From Heteronotia binoei (taxonomy: Eukaryota), in the NCBI RefSeq assembly GCF_032191835.1, contig NC_083228.1:31682001-31746000 (forward strand): 64,000 nucleotides of DNA, read 5' to 3'. A model generated the notes under the pieces. That model did not search any database. It saw only the letters and a list, made by a program, of their open reading frames with translations, and had not been told where the DNA came from. This document shows positions 63,500 through 64,000 of this stretch, in pieces. A program made the translations under genes and the position numbers. How positions within the stretch are numbered: position 1 is the stretch's first letter; each line of letters opens with the position of its first letter.

Positions 63500-64000
63500 C
63501 TTAAAGAACAACCAAGACAAGTAGTAAAAAACACATTTTATTTGTATGGAAAAGCTTCAAGTCAATTTGTTAAAAGGTCAGAGATTATATTGCCCATGTG
63601 GGATAAAAAAAGTCAGCTGTGAACAGAACAAAATTAGTTACATTTCTTTCTACAGAGCAGTGCAATTAGTTCACATTGCAATAAAATTAAGTATGCAACA
63701 GAATCAAAACCAAGTGTTTCCCCATAATCGGCATACTGAGAATTAGAGTGCAAAGTTTTGTTTTAAGTCTATCAGTTTACAGAGTATTCCTTTAGGAAGG
63801 AAAATGTCTCTTGTTTCATAGCAGTTGTCTTTCATCAATACTGTGCAGAAAATCTAAAGTGAATTGACTTACACGGTAAATAAAATATAGTCTATACAGT
63901 AAAAAAAATACAAATTATACAATGAACTAACAAAGAATGAAATTCAGACAGACTTACAGGACCAACATCTCAAAGACACACAAAGAATATTTCATGTAAC
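63500..64000 (-). other. UBE2D1: Probable 3'UTR of UBE2D1 (CDS beyond the right edge), with AATAAA at 63542-63537
   Basis: Minus-strand blocks TTTCATTCTTTGTTAGTTCATTGTATAATTTGTATTTTTTTTACTGTATAGACT, AATTCTCAGTATGCCGATTATGGGAGAAACACTTG and AGCTTTTCCATACAAATAAAATG resemble my recall of the human UBE2D1 3'UTR. UBE2D1 lies just upstream of TFAM on the same strand in human. Needs BLAST confirmation. Confidence 0.7.

Overview
Squamate genomic DNA, most likely a gecko (inferred from abundant Sauria SINEs together with Squam3B-like tRNA SINEs). Gene order: ECD (-, only the first coding exon and promoter are in the window), FAM149B1 (+, 15 coding exons reconstructed, 636 aa, head-to-head with ECD at a compact CpG-island promoter), DNAJC9 (-, 5 exons, 259 aa), TFAM (-, 7 exons, 270 aa) and, at the right edge, what resembles the conserved 3'UTR of UBE2D1 (-). 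All exons were rebuilt by hand from GT-AG sites and consistent reading phase. Protein identities rest on my recall of the human orthologues, not on a database search. Introns and intergenic DNA hold many SINEs, CR1/L2/RTE fragments, hAT-type MITEs, Penelope-like repeats carrying hammerhead-ribozyme motifs, and one TSD-flanked L1. The most unusual items are: a ~1.3 kb fold-back of ~145 bp tandem units upstream of TFAM; an L1 complete at both ends but lacking its RT catalytic core; sense-oriented hammerhead motifs in TFAM and FAM149B1 introns; an extra symmetric cassette exon in FAM149B1; and mirror-image uORFs at the ECD/FAM149B1 promoter. Most short ORFs in the supplied track are chance ORFs, many opened at TTG or GTG. 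I found no clearly new multi-gene system.
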